A DNA stretch of 64,000 nucleotides from Oopsacas minuta (taxonomy: Eukaryota; Animalia; Porifera): positions 372,001 to 436,000 of the forward strand of contig JAKMXF010000299.1 in NCBI GenBank assembly GCA_024704765.1. The letters are read 5' to 3'. A model generated the notes under the pieces. The model had not been told where the DNA came from. It worked only from the letters and a program-made list of their open reading frames with translations, and did not search any database. The first letter of the stretch is position 1, and each line of letters begins with the position of its first letter. A program made the position numbers and the translations under genes. Shown here one piece after another: positions 21,264 to 35,577 of the stretch.

Positions 21264-24200
21264 CTACTTCATGAAGCATTCCCATCGAGAAAAGAAAGAG
21301 AGAGATAGTGTATGCGTGTTTGTGTGGTGTATGTGTTTGAGTTGTGACTTAAATATATTCGCTCTTTCATTATGATCTATAGAGAAGAAGGATATTAATT
21401 AAATTACTAATTGGAATAATCTATTTGATAATTAAAGAATGTAAGAACACAGCCACGAGTTTTTCTCAATACAAAATTCCTAGAAGAAGGCAGAGCCAAT
21501 TTCTTAGCCATAACTTGCATGTAATTGAACTTTGCTACACAAATTAAATATGGCGATGTATCTGCATGGTATAGAATGGCTATCAAATTGCATTAATAAT
21601 GACTCATAATTGAGAAAGTATTAACATAATGATAATGCAAGCTATTTCCGATAATGGTACGCGTGGGGTAGTTTATATATTGAGGGAGTAACACAAGTTA
21701 AAGCTGCATACTTGAATAAAACTTTTAGCTTACCATTTGGCGGAGTCCAGAGTATCAGGTTGAACTTGTGCTTGAGGTAATCGCATAGCTAAATAAAGGA
21801 GGAATATCAATTGCAACACAATGAGTAATTATCTAAACACAAAAGTGAAACTGATATTACAGAAGTATAGTATAGCTGATAATTACACAAATGAGTGGGT
21901 GAAGTTCAATTTTATTGTTTAACATTATGGTGAGAGATAGCAGACATATTCGCCTATGAAAAGTACTACAAATATTCCAACCGTTTGATAATTATTAATT
22001 CAATTTGATTTAGTAGGGAATTACTGAACTAGGCAGCAAATATTGCAGACACAATATTGCACCTGTTTGAACGTACGTATTAACTTTTCAATTATAAAAT
22101 TAATTAGTGTATGTACGTAAATATTCATAGAATCAACAGTAAACATTGAATAATTAATACTTACCGATTGGATCATAGTATGGAAAAGTGAGAGGAAGAG
22201 AAGGATCGATTGGCGGTGGAAATGGAACGCTGCCTAAGAGTGAAATTTGTTGTAGATATTCTGGTGTCTAAACAAAGATAATTTGTTAAAAATATAGAAT
22301 TTGTGAAATGTTCCCGAAGTGAAAGTATATAACTAACCATTGCAACGAATGGGAATAGAGGCGAGGGAAAGAGCCCATTTTTAAGCTGCTGATTAGAATT
22401 GAGCACAGCTAACGTAGGATTCGTGTTGTTAACTATCTTGTTGTTGCTGTTGGGAGTTGTACTAGGTGTTTGTTTGAATGTGTGACCAATCTTTATTGTA
22501 TTATTATTATTGTAGGGCTCGATGTTGTTTGGTGTAATTTCTGGATGTTTCAATAAATATTGGTGAGCATTCCATTGTTTTATAACATCTTGTGAGTAAT
22601 GAGAATGAGAGATTTCTTCATGAGGAGTATCATGATTTAAGGATTTTTCTAAAATAAAACATTGTAAAATACAAATGTACATAGAATTCGAATTACAGAA
22701 GACTCTCGTTAATGCGAATACTGTAAATACGAATTTCCGCATAAGACGAACAAATTTTGACAGTGCGTTGGTGTCTGTATTAACGAAGTTAACTGTAAAT
22801 TGTGAAAAAAAGAATTACCAGTAATTTTTCGGCTGGAGTTTGAATTAGAATGTGAAGAAGGAGTAGATATCTTTTGCTGAAGATTAGTCACTGTAGGTTG
22901 GGAATAGGGTCTTGTCTTATCCTTTTCTTGCTCTACCATGACAGGAAAACTCGGGATAGCCAGACCTCCAGCTACTGCAGACTCTTTAGCTAGCATACTT
23001 ATAGGGATGCTTTGATTCATCATTAATGCGAGGTGGTTTTGTGTCAAAACTGGTGGATTAATTGGTAGATGACCGTGTTGTGGGAAATAATTCAAATCAG
23101 CTGGTTGTTGTAGCTTAGCTTGAGATTTTGACTAAATAATTAAAGAATAATAATTAATTTGTGTACCTTATTACCTCGAATAACCCCCCTTGAGGCTCCT
23201 AAAAAATAATAACTGCTTGATGTGAATCGTCATTTCCCCTTAATTTTGATCAATCTTCTGTTTGTTAGGATTAAATCACATATTGCAAGTACATATTTTT
23301 GATTATATCGAAGTTATCGTGTTTACAAAAATCGAAACTTGCTCTCAGGACCTTGAAATTAATAATCGCCCATACAGTATGTATTCTTGCGAAAGAATTT
23401 TACGTCTCGTTTCGTAAAGCAACGTAAACACAAATAGCCAAGTAACAATGACTGAGTTAAAGTTATTTCGAGGGTTTAGAACGGTCTCATCATTTCGTGT
23501 AGCACGATGTAATAAGAGTGACTTTCTGATGACGAATTGCAAGTTCATTCCATTCTATTCCAGCAATAGCACACAATAAGCACTAATATAATGGTATGTA
23601 ATTTAGATAATGAGTTCTGTCAATCTCTATTTGGAACTAAAATTATATTGTAGCAGCAGCATTACTTCGGTGATTAATGCCTGTGAATCATGATTGCCGA
23701 TTTTAGGAAGGATTACGAATTCAAAAATAAGTCAAATTTATGAAAGACGTTTGGAAAATGTAAAGAAATAATAAATCAGTTATAAGTACCTTATTGGTAG
23801 TATTGTTAGATTTTTGTTTAACTTTTTCACTCTCAACTTTAACATCTTGGAGGTTTGCTTGTTGGAAAAGTTTTTGTTGTTCTACAAATCCTGGCGGGAG
23901 CGTGGGTAACCCAGGCGCGTTCTGAACGTAAATTGGTGGATAGAAATACGGTAACAACTCTGGGGTAGGGTAAGAAAGCTGTTGTTGAGCTTCGAGTTTA
24001 ACATTCGGTGTAATCAAACTGGGCATTTTAGAATCGCTTGGGATAAATGAATGACTTGTTTTTGTTGCATCTAATTTGTGATCTGACGGGGAACCGCCTT
24101 CACGTTGTCGTTTCGTTTTCTTATCAATGCGTGATTTCTCAGTCCGGTTGGTAGGGAAATGAGGCAATAATTGAGGTTGAGCGTAAGCAATATGTTTCTC

Positions 24201-27200
24201 ATGTCTCTCTTTACCATTGTTGTCTCGTAATATCTTGGTGGTAGAATAATTATCTTTAGTGAGTATAAAGTCAGATGAGTTGTATGGCATTCTGTCTTTG
24301 ACAGGTTTTGGAGTGTGTGTACCAGATGGGCTGGTTGGGTGTGTCTGGTGAGGGAGAGACAATGCCTTGTTGATAGAGGCATGAGATCGGATATTAGAGC
24401 TCTCATCTAATCTTATTGGAATCTTTGTGGTTAAATCAGGAGTAATGTAATTGATGTGATGCTCTAAAAAGGAAAATATCAATTAATATGTAACATAATA
24501 TAAAGCATTTTATCAGATTAATTCCAATTTACCTGGATGGGTTTCTAGCACGAGTGTGTCAGGTCTCTTGGGTATTGAGTGATCGTGATTATTCTCATTC
24601 TTTCGTTTCTTCATCGGCTTCAACTCATTTGGACTATCAGGAGTGCTAGATTTCGGTGATATCGAGTCATGTTTATGAATAAATTCTCCACCGCGCATGT
24701 TCTGATAATCGGTTAGAGTTGGGATTGGTTTGACTAGCCTTTGTTTCGGATCAAGATTTGACATATTCGGCAGTGACTGTGGTAATGGAGAAACGGCAAA
24801 GAATGGCATTTGTGGCATCATCTGTCTAGCTGGAGCAAATCCTTCTTTCTTAATAGGTTGCTCCACTGGTTTGGGTAGAACATCTGTAGAACGCCTTGTA
24901 TTAACAATCACAGGACGTGGAGTAATATCTTCTCTAATCTCCCCTTTAATATCGATTTCTAGCTTTGATTTTTCTCTACTAGACGTATCAAATGGTAATA
25001 CATTACCATCTCCCAGTATACTCGGTATGACAACTTCTTTAGGATGTGTTATACCGGTGTGGAGATCGTGTGTCTTTTTCTTTTCACTCTCAGCTTTGAG
25101 ATCGGTGAGTGATGTTGAAGGAGAAGTGAGTAATCCAAGTCTAAGTAATGCAAATTATAATATAAAACCAATACAAATTGTTGGAATAAAGATGAATAAG
25201 TAAAACTTACGTGCTCTGTCTTGAGCGAGTGAATAATCCACCACTAGTTTTATTCAGTTCGGTACAGTTATTTAGTTTAGGTAGGATATGTTTGATGACA
25301 TCAGGAGATCTTCCTTCTTCTGATTCAACCATATCAGAAGATTGGGGTGACATAACTACGTCGTTTTCTTTTGGTTGTTGATCTTCAACTTCTTGATTGC
25401 TCACGACATTCTGTTTGGGTTGATTTAATTGTAATCTTGGACTGAAACGAAGTTCTTTATCAAGAGGACTTCCCAATTCAGCAATCTCAACATGCCTATA
25501 GAATTCATTACGAGTAAAATGCATTTCTCTCTCAATTCCTTAAAAAAATTCCCGAAGCTATTATTACAACATAATAAATTATAGTTACAGTTACAATTGT
25601 AAGAAGGGTAAATTTGAATGATTCAATTATTAATTGATATTCTCCTGGATACGAATTGGAATCCATAAGAATGTTAGCTTGTTGAGTAATTACTGTATGT
25701 GTAATAATTTTCATAACTTTGAACCGACATAGTAACAATGTTCTTTTCTCAGTGTAACAGTAACTTAAATTACTAAGAAACCATTCTGTTTCGATTGCAT
25801 TACTTCATCGAGAACAGAAATATAAATATATTGACTGAGAAATCAGTTAAGGAATTTACAATGACTGAGCCAAAATCCTGGTGAACATGAAGTAATATTT
25901 GGGGGAGATAATAGGACAAATTTACTGTACTTCGACTTACTTTGGGGTTGCCCACTGGTATTGTTCCATATCCATAAGAGAACCAGTGTATATCTTATCT
26001 CTCCAGTTTACTTTCACCACTATAACCCCTACAAAATGTAAGACATAAATAATGGAAGAAATCTATAAAACAAATTCATAGAAATTATCAAAAGAGTAAT
26101 CATGTAATTAATGATCAGCTACTTCCCAGGACTAACACATATACTTTCTTTTATTCCAACTGCCGTTACGTATAACCTCATAAATCAGATTACAATGTTT
26201 TGTAGTCCATGTTGATGTATTGAAAGTACAGATTGGTATGTAATTGATAATTATTACAATACTTATCAATGAATATTTTGATAGTGTAAACATGCGGGGA
26301 TATGGAACTGATATGGTTGATATCCAGAATAGATTTGGAACTAAACGAAACTGTTCAAAAAGATTTTTGAAAAATTTACAGAATTTATGCTTCCGTATTC
26401 AATTAAAGTTCGTGAATTCCAAATCCCAAAAGAGCATAGTTTAATGTGAATTGTTTAATTATAAAACTCAGTAATTTCATTATTACCTATTGCTAATAAG
26501 GAATGTGAATAAATGTTTGTTGGGAACAGACTAGAAAGGAATCCAAGACCGTAGATGAAAGGACATTTTCTGAAAGAATTATAGGCAATTATATGAGTTA
26601 GCAAACAACCAAAAAACTGGAATTTCTAAATCACAATTTAGCGGTGTGCTAAACACGTCACAAATTAAGCGATGAATCAAGAGAACAGTTAATGAATTGT
26701 TGTCACAATTGTTATTGGTAAAATCTTAAGGAAGTACAAGATGTAATGGCTAGATTTTGATGATTTCACAACATAAATATACGATGTAAATCAGATTAAA
26801 TTGCTGCCTTGATAATACATTCTAATTGCCCTCCACCAAAGGTCATACTAACAAGAATTCAACACAGTCTAAACAATAAATGGTGTGATTGAATACTGAT
26901 AGTAAGAACATGTAAAAGCAATAAAGAAGGAAAGTAATCACCAGAGACACTAAACATTTCCATATTTATACATCTGGGTGAAATTATATTTCGCTAATTA
27001 AAATGCAGTTTAACTAATTAACAAAAGCAGAGCATATTAAATATTGCTTGAAAATTGCTAATTACATTCTGATCAGTTATAAGTTTAATTGAAACCATAT
27101 TGGAAAATAACGACTTGAAATTTGTTGCGAAGGTCAAAACCTTAAGAATAATTAACAGCATCAAGCCAGATTGTAAGAAGCCTTAATGGAATGGTACATA

Positions 27201-30200
27201 AATATTGGCGTACGTAGATTTTGTACTTGGCTTCACATAATGTAGAGAAAAGCATTATCATAGTATATGAAGAAACCTAGCTTGGGAATATGGGATATGT
27301 TAGCATATATTTGAAAGACTCCTATCAGATCGTTTAGCAAAAGCAACAGCTTGTAAGGAAACTTAAGAAATCAAGAGTAGTGCGTCGATTGTAAAGCACA
27401 AAAGATTCCTGATAAGAAAGTGATGGAAATAGCCACTCAATATCAATTTGCTTATCGATAGAGAATTTAGCGTGGGAAGCACAATTAATTATATATTAAT
27501 TAAATAATACAGACAACCAGTTTCTTACAAGATAGCAAAGAGTTCACTGATGGAGATGTAATTATTGCAGAGATATCAAATACACAATTGTAAGTGTTCG
27601 TCTGAACCAAAAGTGATTATAAATCGCCATGGAGAAACTAATTGATTCATATGGATGTATCAACGTAATGTAAAATTCGTGTATACACTCTAGTTCCCAG
27701 TGTAAAATATTTCGAATGAATACGCATTGAGATGGTTTAGATAGCCAAAGTAAACTCAAATAAGAATAGAATATTTCCCTGCGAAAAGGAGCAAAAAAGG
27801 AGAGTTTTAATTGAGATACAACTCTCATCAATTTGAGCTAATTGAGTTTTTATGTCATTTATAGTTCATCCAAAAAAGAAAACAAATCAATTAATCATTG
27901 AAAATGAATATTAACGTAGTACATTAATATTTTGCTCATAAATAGTGTAAATTGCTATTCTTTAAATAGTCCTTGAGTGCAACAAGAACTGGTAATTATA
28001 CCAATACAGGCAAGTAATTGAAATAGCGTACTTAATCAAGTGTTATATCAAATAAATTCAAGAGTATAATTTTGATTGTGAATGAAATGTTGTAATCTAA
28101 TCATAGATAAATTGTCTGGATAAATTAGATCAGCACTCTAATGATATTAAACAGTTAATTACATTTACAATAATACGCTAGATTTAACTACTGTCTATAT
28201 TCCCTAAATTGAATTTGTAATGGAAACTATCGGCAGTTTAATAATTCCAATGAAAAAACTAATTTCCATAGAAATAATTGAACAACAAAATATGTAATAC
28301 TTCCTTGCAATCCATGAAAATATACGATTCATCTGAATTTTTACTAAAATTAGCTGTTTGGACCTGTAAGCATAGTTATGAATTCCATTCATAAATGATA
28401 TTCCCAAAAATAGATTGCAATAGTTGGAATAAATGCTAAGTGCAATTTGAAGATAGAGAACTCGACAATGATCATGTGAGCAGATAATAACATTCCTTTG
28501 AATTGTAGATAATGCTGCATGATATTAATTTACAATATATATCACAAATCCATTATAGCTATTCATTGGATATAATCCCTATGAAATCAAATAAACTATA
28601 CAAAGTTACACTGCAATTCCGAGGTATTACAAAACTGGCTTCATTATCGTTACTTATCTAACAGATTGGAATTGATTATCTTAGAGGCTGTTGAAGTGCA
28701 GAATTACAAGTAGAGTAAGGATACGAGAGATAATGATTAATGGAAGTTGACACATAAAGCCCTTACAGTGCATGTTCTAATAATGACTTCTCAATAATAT
28801 GAATACAATGCATAGTTGCTGGAAGTTTATATCAATTTATATAGTTAATCTTAATTGGAGGGAAATTCCACATGTAGGGCTTCTCAAGATGAGAATAATC
28901 ATATATTTAGTAGCAACCAATATATTACAGAGTTATGCAGAATGGTGCATTAATTAATCTATAATATATTCTATAGCAGCGGTTTAGAACAACGAAATGA
29001 TAGAGTTTATTACTTTAAACGATAAAAGGCTAGAAGGAAATTCAATACCCCATACGTAGGTGAAACAAAATCAAGCTAATTTATTTAAACATAACATAGC
29101 AATTATTACGTAAGAAATGTATTCAATTACAGGCATTTCTTAATTGGAATTTTTAATCAGTAGCATGTTATATTGTAATCAAGATCTTATCATATTCATG
29201 TCTTCATAGAAAAGTATTAATTACTGCTTTCCAGAAGGAAGTAAAGCGAATGGTTTAAAGTTCAGGCTGACGGCATGTTAGAGCGGAGTCTAACCACATT
29301 CTAAAGATATTCAAAGCAATCAGTGTAATAAGGGTATAGTAACTAGTACATGGAAAGTAGTATTAATGATTACGAGGAATTCATTGCATTCTTGATAATA
29401 ATGTAAATGATTAGAAAATTAGTGATAGATTGTGTGTAACAATATGAAAGCTAACCTAAACTAGCATGTATGTGAGAAAGAACTTTGTCTACGCGCTGCA
29501 TAATAGATCAAATTACTGTAAAATTGACACTTTTACGTGGAAAAGTGAGAGCTTTGTAGAAGGTTAATTCATTTATCAACCTCTGTTGAAATGAATTATG
29601 TGATTAGATAATAACTACGTATAGTGTAAAATATTGAAAGCGAGCCAGGTTTGTTTCTATAATCGAGTTTAATTTCTTCTCTAATTATTCTTTAATATTG
29701 TTGAGATATCAATAAATATTGCGATGTATCATAACGGTATACGCTAATACATTAACTTAGCAGCAAAAACAATTACATAATTATTTCAAAGAATGCTTAT
29801 ACGAACGAACAATGAAGAGATAACCTTCAAGCATTCTGCCAGAACAGGAAGATGTATAATGCGAGAACTATTCAGGATTCGTTTACCTGGAATTAATATT
29901 TCAGGGAGGAAGAAATCTAGAAATGATAACGTTGAGTCCAAAACAATAGTCAAATCATTTAGAGACAGCCAAAGTAATTACTAATAATGACATAATACTG
30001 ATAATAGTATGGGATACTCAACATTTAGATGGTCATTCACGTTGATAGCACGAAGCCTTTCGTTTCTCAATACACTTATCGTGGAACACTTTATTGAGCT
30101 TTAATTCTGCTAAAATCATTAAATTCTAGCTACAATGTTGCACTCTCAGAAGAATTGTATAATTAAAATCGCGTAATAGAGGGTTTCGAAAGCTGTCATT

Positions 30201-30794
30201 TTTATCTTGGAAAATATTTGATATAGACTACAAGGTAATAACTTATTCTCTACAAATTCGAATAGAAACTGTTGTTGTGAAAGTGTATGAAGCCATGAGG
30301 TTAGGTTTTAACACAACAAAACATTCTCATCAACTAATGCTCTCAAAATGTTACGTAAGTGAAAACAGAACTATAAGGAAAAAGGATGAATAGTTCAGTA
30401 GTTCTAATACAACAGTGAAATTGCATGTCACGATGTCATGAGATTAGGAATGTAGGATTTGCATAATAAATTCGGTCAAACTACTTCATAGTAGTAGCGC
30501 TTGTAGCCTATATTTAGAAATTGACCAATAACTAACTAGAATATTAGTCAGAATGACCTATGCTAAATGACATTGAGATAAACTATGAGTTCGCACGATC
30601 AGAGAGAATAATTTACACATTAATTGTTAAGCATATGTAGAGCATAATTAAATGAAAAACTCACCATCTCCTTCCTGACACATACAGCCTTGTAAGAGGA
30701 ACGGTGTGCCAGGTTGTAGAGCTTTATTCGCATTTACTGTTTCTGGTGCTATTATCAGTTTAGAGATTGAATTGTGACTGTCTTGCGTCGTCAT
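21264..30794 (-). CDS. ZNF608: ZNF608/ZNF609 (Scribbler/Brakeless)-like transcriptional co-regulator, about 10 exons
   Basis: Hand-spliced GT-AG exons on the minus strand: 30794-30665, 26028-25941, 25495-25211, 25140-24533, 24463-23790, 23131-22819, 22648-22338 (phases 1,2,2,1,0,1,0, all consistent, 803 codons), then 22233-22165, 21788-21734 and 21376-21264 (frame ambiguous). Exons 1-2 give LQPGTPFLLQGCMCQEGDGVIVVKVNWRDKIYTGSLMDMEQYQWATPK, matching the recalled conserved ZNF608/609 block [49 protein letters not shown]. The remainder is low-complexity P/Q/S/N-rich sequence. Confidence 0.8.
22696..22795. mobile_element. Tc1/mariner-type MITE, 100 bp, in an intron of the ZNF608-like gene
   Basis: TA|CAGAAGACTCTCGTTAATGC ... 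GTATTAACGAAGTTAACTG|TA: imperfect terminal inverted repeats with TA on both sides. Confidence 0.6.
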
Positions 30795-33700
30795 TTGTAG
30801 GGAAAGTTACAAATTCTAAATCAAAATAATTCAAATCAAATTAGTATTATTTATAGTAAATGAGATGTTCTATATTTCAATAGCCGATTTGGAACAACAA
30901 ATAATATGAATTTCAGCTAGAAGAACTAACTCGCTTTGAATATCAAAACTCTAATTACAAATAAACAATTCGATTTGCGTTATAGAACTTATATACATTC
31001 TGCAGCGACAAATCTAAACAGATGAATTAGAGGAGTAATTTCCATAAGGAATTTGATACAGATATCCTTTCTCCATCATGAAAATACTTCAGAATTCTAT
31101 AGGGAATTTCGCGAATCACGCAACAAATTTGTAACTCACCAATTGAAAAGTCGTCAATAATCAACAAAGAGCTGGAGCAATATCTTTGATATTTTCAAGA
31201 TCGAATTGTTTACACAAAAGTATTTATCAAAATCAACTTGGGGCTCAACGATATAATTTATACTAGATGTATTGAAACTAACTGTACGTATAAGAAACTC
31301 TACAAAAGTTAGCGCCTATTGAATTTCTATATGAGTGGGAAATTCAATACTTGACCATTACACTGAGTGAAGTCAGATAATTTGAGCTCAGCTAAATATA
31401 TAAAAGCTAATTCTTATCAACTATTCATGTTCGTTCACAAAGAATCAATAGAAGAAATATACTGTGAGCATATTGAAATACCATATCAAATCATTAAGTG
31501 ATACAGCAGTGTTCACATCATGGTTAACAAGACGACGTTATTCCTTGCATAGAAATATCTGATCAGGTTTCCTTTACAAAAACAATCATTTATTGAATAA
31601 TCAGCAATTCAATCCTAGACAATATGAGAGGAATTACTGGAAAGCAATGTCGTTGTTACGACTGGCATAATACTCATCAATTGTTGCCTAATAATTACAA
31701 TGTTATTATTAATGCCATTTGACTAAATATTCAGATTAGAAGAAGTTCTATAATTATTTGAAATTTATGGTGTCAGTTTCCACCAAAAAAGCTATTGTAA
31801 ATGGATCACTGACCTCGTGAATTTTAGCTTATTACAAAACACATTGCTGAATATATTATATATATTATCCAATCTATCATGATTTATGATTTCTATGATG
31901 CACTAATACAATTTTCTAACAAGTATTCGTGAAACCAGCAATCTAATCACCTTCAGGTATTGTTACTACTTTAGGATACTCAAGTTCGGCTTAATTAAGT
32001 AGGCACCTGCAAATGTATGCCGATTCTAGGACATTATGAGCGTGTTCATTGATAAGCCATAACCTTGTAACATGATCTGTAATATATGTAATTATACTTG
32101 CTACAAATCTAGCATCCATACAACAACTAATTCAATTAGTCATCTGCAGAAATGAAGTAATTAAACTCGGTTTGGACTATCTATTAATTATTTCAAGAGT
32201 CGCGTGGTCTTGAGTTGAATAATTAACTGCAATAACTTTAATATTGTCCAGCTTGTGTCTACGTGATCAAAAGTGATTGCAAAAAGCAAATTTAAATACT
32301 GATTAGAATGAGGTTATCTCTAATTTCTCATAACATCTTAATGTGAAAATTGTGATTTTATCCATCATAACAATTCCTAGAAGAAATTCGACTAAATTCA
32401 GTAGCAGTAAGTTCCTGAGAATTCCGTTACTAATTAATTATACAGCAGCAATTTTAAGCAATCACGTGATTACTCTGCTAAACAGAATATTATATTGTTC
32501 GAACATACCGAACTAAGAGTGATTTTGTTTAAAGCTGCCCCCCAGTGAATCTTGTTACATATTAGCGACAATTCCATAATTATTTCTCAGTATAACCTGC
32601 ACAAACTGCCACACTGGCCATTGTTATAGACAGGTTTAACCTTATTCAGTGCTTAACAGGTAACCTCAGATAAGGAGTGCATTTACATACATATTATCAG
32701 TACGTTCAGTACTTTAAAAAAGGAAATTACTTCGGTGTTGGTAATTGTCTCTTCACAACGAACCTTTGGACTTATAGCAAGTCTAGTATTAACGATTACT
32801 TATAAGTTATAAATAAATCAGCGAAGGCTTCACTGAAATTCTAAGGTATTTTAGAACTGGTTAGAGTCCAACAAGTCCATCAAATCAAGTTTATTCGAGT
32901 GGATTTAAGATAAGAAATCTAACTATGTCAATTCCCAGACTCACTGCATTCGTAAGCTTCAATTGCTATTGACAATCTAACCTGAATATTTCCTTGAAAT
33001 ATGCATTTCCTAATGGTCCAAGCTGTTTACTTAGTGAGTATTCGTAGTCTTCTTTTCCTGACCATTATTTAATCAACGCAATGTTATGTTATCATGAAAG
33101 GTATAGGTTGAATGATGTTTATATTGTTTGCGATTTTCTACTATTTGAATAATAGATCGTTTCGATTAATACGTATTCTAGATGAGGTGTATACATTTCG
33201 ACGTTTCGTATTGATGATAACCGGCTGTAATTATATTTCATGCAATGCATTTAGTTTGATGCGATACTGTTTGATATAACAGATATCTTATTTTCTCTTT
33301 CTAGGCTGCACAGCCCAAGCGCGGTACAAACGGTGCAACAGGTCCTGGCGTTGCCGAAACACTTATTGTAACGATGCGCCACCAGTCACCACTGTACACC
33401 TAATGCAACGCCAGTTAAAAAACTGGTAAAATACTCCTTTATTCCGAATAACCAGCACTCGGGGCTTTCTATTATCTTCCATCAATTCTGCATAATAGAT
33501 GAAAATAAATATAATTAAGTAAGATGCGGTTTATTATATGAAGATTAAATAAGATATCTATTAATCACATTCTTTATCACAGAGAAAAGTTTCCTTGCTG
33601 ATTAACTAATATTTATATCTACTAACTGAAACCCAGAATAGAACACTTCCTAAGTATATACTGTGTAGCTAATCTGATTTTATAGAAACCTTGTTTCTGT

Positions 33701-35258
33701 CTTGCAAACTGAATCCCACTCAGTTCTGAGTCAGCCACATCTGAATTACTGATATCATGTGAGGCATTTGGTAACAAGTTATTAATTATTCAAACTTGAT
33801 CACGTAACTACTACTACTACTATTGTAACAAAAATTATGATAATTTATGCAATGAGCTCAATCATTTTGTCATCATTCTTAGCTTATTTCCCATAATTAT
33901 TAGTTATGAATACAATGTCTGTCAGGGAAATTTAGAAAATTTAATTGAATGATAGACTTTCGTCTCAGAGCTTCTTCATCAGGAGAATTATTCGTCTAGA
34001 TTGCGTTACCTAATTCCTTAAGATAGTATTTTCAGATTTTGAGAGAGTATCTCTATCCATCTAATAATATTCTAATTTAAATGTATATCAACGACATTCT
34101 CTCTATAGAGATTAGTGAACTAATTATTAAATATTCAAGAACTTCCAGTCAGGTGAAACTACTAATGTCATGAATATACTTTCCAAGAAATTATCTTATT
34201 ATGGAATTGCAAAATATTCGTCAAAATATCCATGAAAAGAGAGAGTCAGCGATTTTAGCTGTCAGAATTATAGTATACTAACAGCATGAGGTTTCATAAA
34301 GGGCTCATGATTATTGTATTTGATTACTGAACAAAAAGATTATTTGCTGTAAGCTGTTGCATGTTGTGTGATTATTCTGTTGAATTGAGCATTTATTAAT
34401 TGAATATAACAAACAAATTACGAGATTGTTCTGTATGTTATTGAGTATAATATTGGAATAACTAACCTGTAAGTCACAAAATCTATTAATTATACTGCAA
34501 TTAAACCATCATATTTGCTCATATCTTGAGTATAGAGCAGGTTTCCAGTTAACTTAAGCAAAAAACATTCTTTACAAAAACTTTAATTGCTGTATGACTT
34601 ATCTAATTATTGTATGAAATACTGAGAACCCAGACAAATTTTTAGTAATGTAATTGATAAGGGACATAATCGTGCTCCATATAATGCATTGAATTATAGA
34701 AAAGAATGAAATCGTATTAGAACAGCTTACAAAAGGTGGACATTTTTTGGCAATACCAAAAAATATTACTAGATGCATTTCATAATTCCCAAAATATTCC
34801 ACCAATACTGACAATGCACGTAGTTATTGTAGTATGGTAGAAAAAAATTTGTAGGTTAATCATGGCAAGAAAGAAGAATATTCTCATTGTGCAATTTTGT
34901 ATGGCTCACCTTGAATATTTTTCCACAATTTTGAGATGACATTCAATAGAACTAAATAATTTTGTTAAAACATTATTTATTATGCAAAATGGATGGTTTT
35001 CTGATATGTTAATTAGATTTAATGCATTGTCGTTAAACAAATAATTTTTCGAATTCTAAGAAATGCAATTAACTAATTAATTAATGTGTAAGGCCAGGAT
35101 GGAAGTTGGGACTGAGTATCAGGTTTGATCGTAACCTATTCGTGGCTAAGTTTTGAGGAATATACCATAATTCTACTTCAAATGTCCACAGACTTGAAGT
35201 CCAAACTGTTGGATCATTTGATACTCTTCTATCCCAGAAGAAGTCAACGGCAGTTATA

Positions 35259-35324
35259 TAGGGTGACCATTGTCCAGGATTCTAATACATATGTACAGGA
35301 TTCCTAAACTTGCTGGTCACTTTA
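35259..35324. mobile_element. hAT-type MITE, 66 bp
   Basis: TAGGGTGACCA ... TGGTCACTTTA termini flanked by an exact 8-bp direct repeat CAGTTATA (35251-35258 and 35325-35332). Confidence 0.8.
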
Positions 35325-35529
35325 CAGTTATAGTACCTCTAAAATGCTGTTGGGGCTTTAAAGCATTTAAAATATGAGGGATACGGACGTTTGCTTGTAT
35401 TTTTTCAATGAAACCGTTTCGCATAAACTTCCGGATGTTTTTTATCATGTCAAAATATTTGAAATTTTCCTCAACCGAGGTAAATGTCGGACTGTTCCTG
35501 ATAAAAATTATAACGTTTTATGTCTATGG

Positions 35530-35577
35530 CAGGTTAGTAGCTAGAGTTTATTGATTGCCCAGGAAGCTACGCCCCTG
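35530..35577. mobile_element. Degenerate hAT-type mini-element, 48 bp (CAGGGGCG terminus family)
   Basis: Right end GCTACGCCCCTG and left end CAGGTTAGTAGC. Flanks GTCTATGG and GGCTATGG match at 7 of 8 positions. Confidence 0.45.

Noticed and set aside
22649-22795. ORF-track segment MRKFVFTVFALTRVFCNSNS as part of the ZNF608-like protein
   Set aside because: It would need a 26-nt intron and is the reverse strand of a TA-flanked MITE. The real acceptor is at 22649.
33305-33429. Cys-rich frame as a Wnt C-terminus or GATA finger
   Set aside because: Cys spacing does not match either family. It is kept only as an unexplained island.
26244-35307. Small isolated ORFs in the gene-poor region (26244, 27562, 28204, 29793, 34599, 35125)
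   Set aside because: They are 60-90 codons with AT-rich biased composition (I/L/F/K/N), often start at non-ATG codons, and show no domain or splice support.
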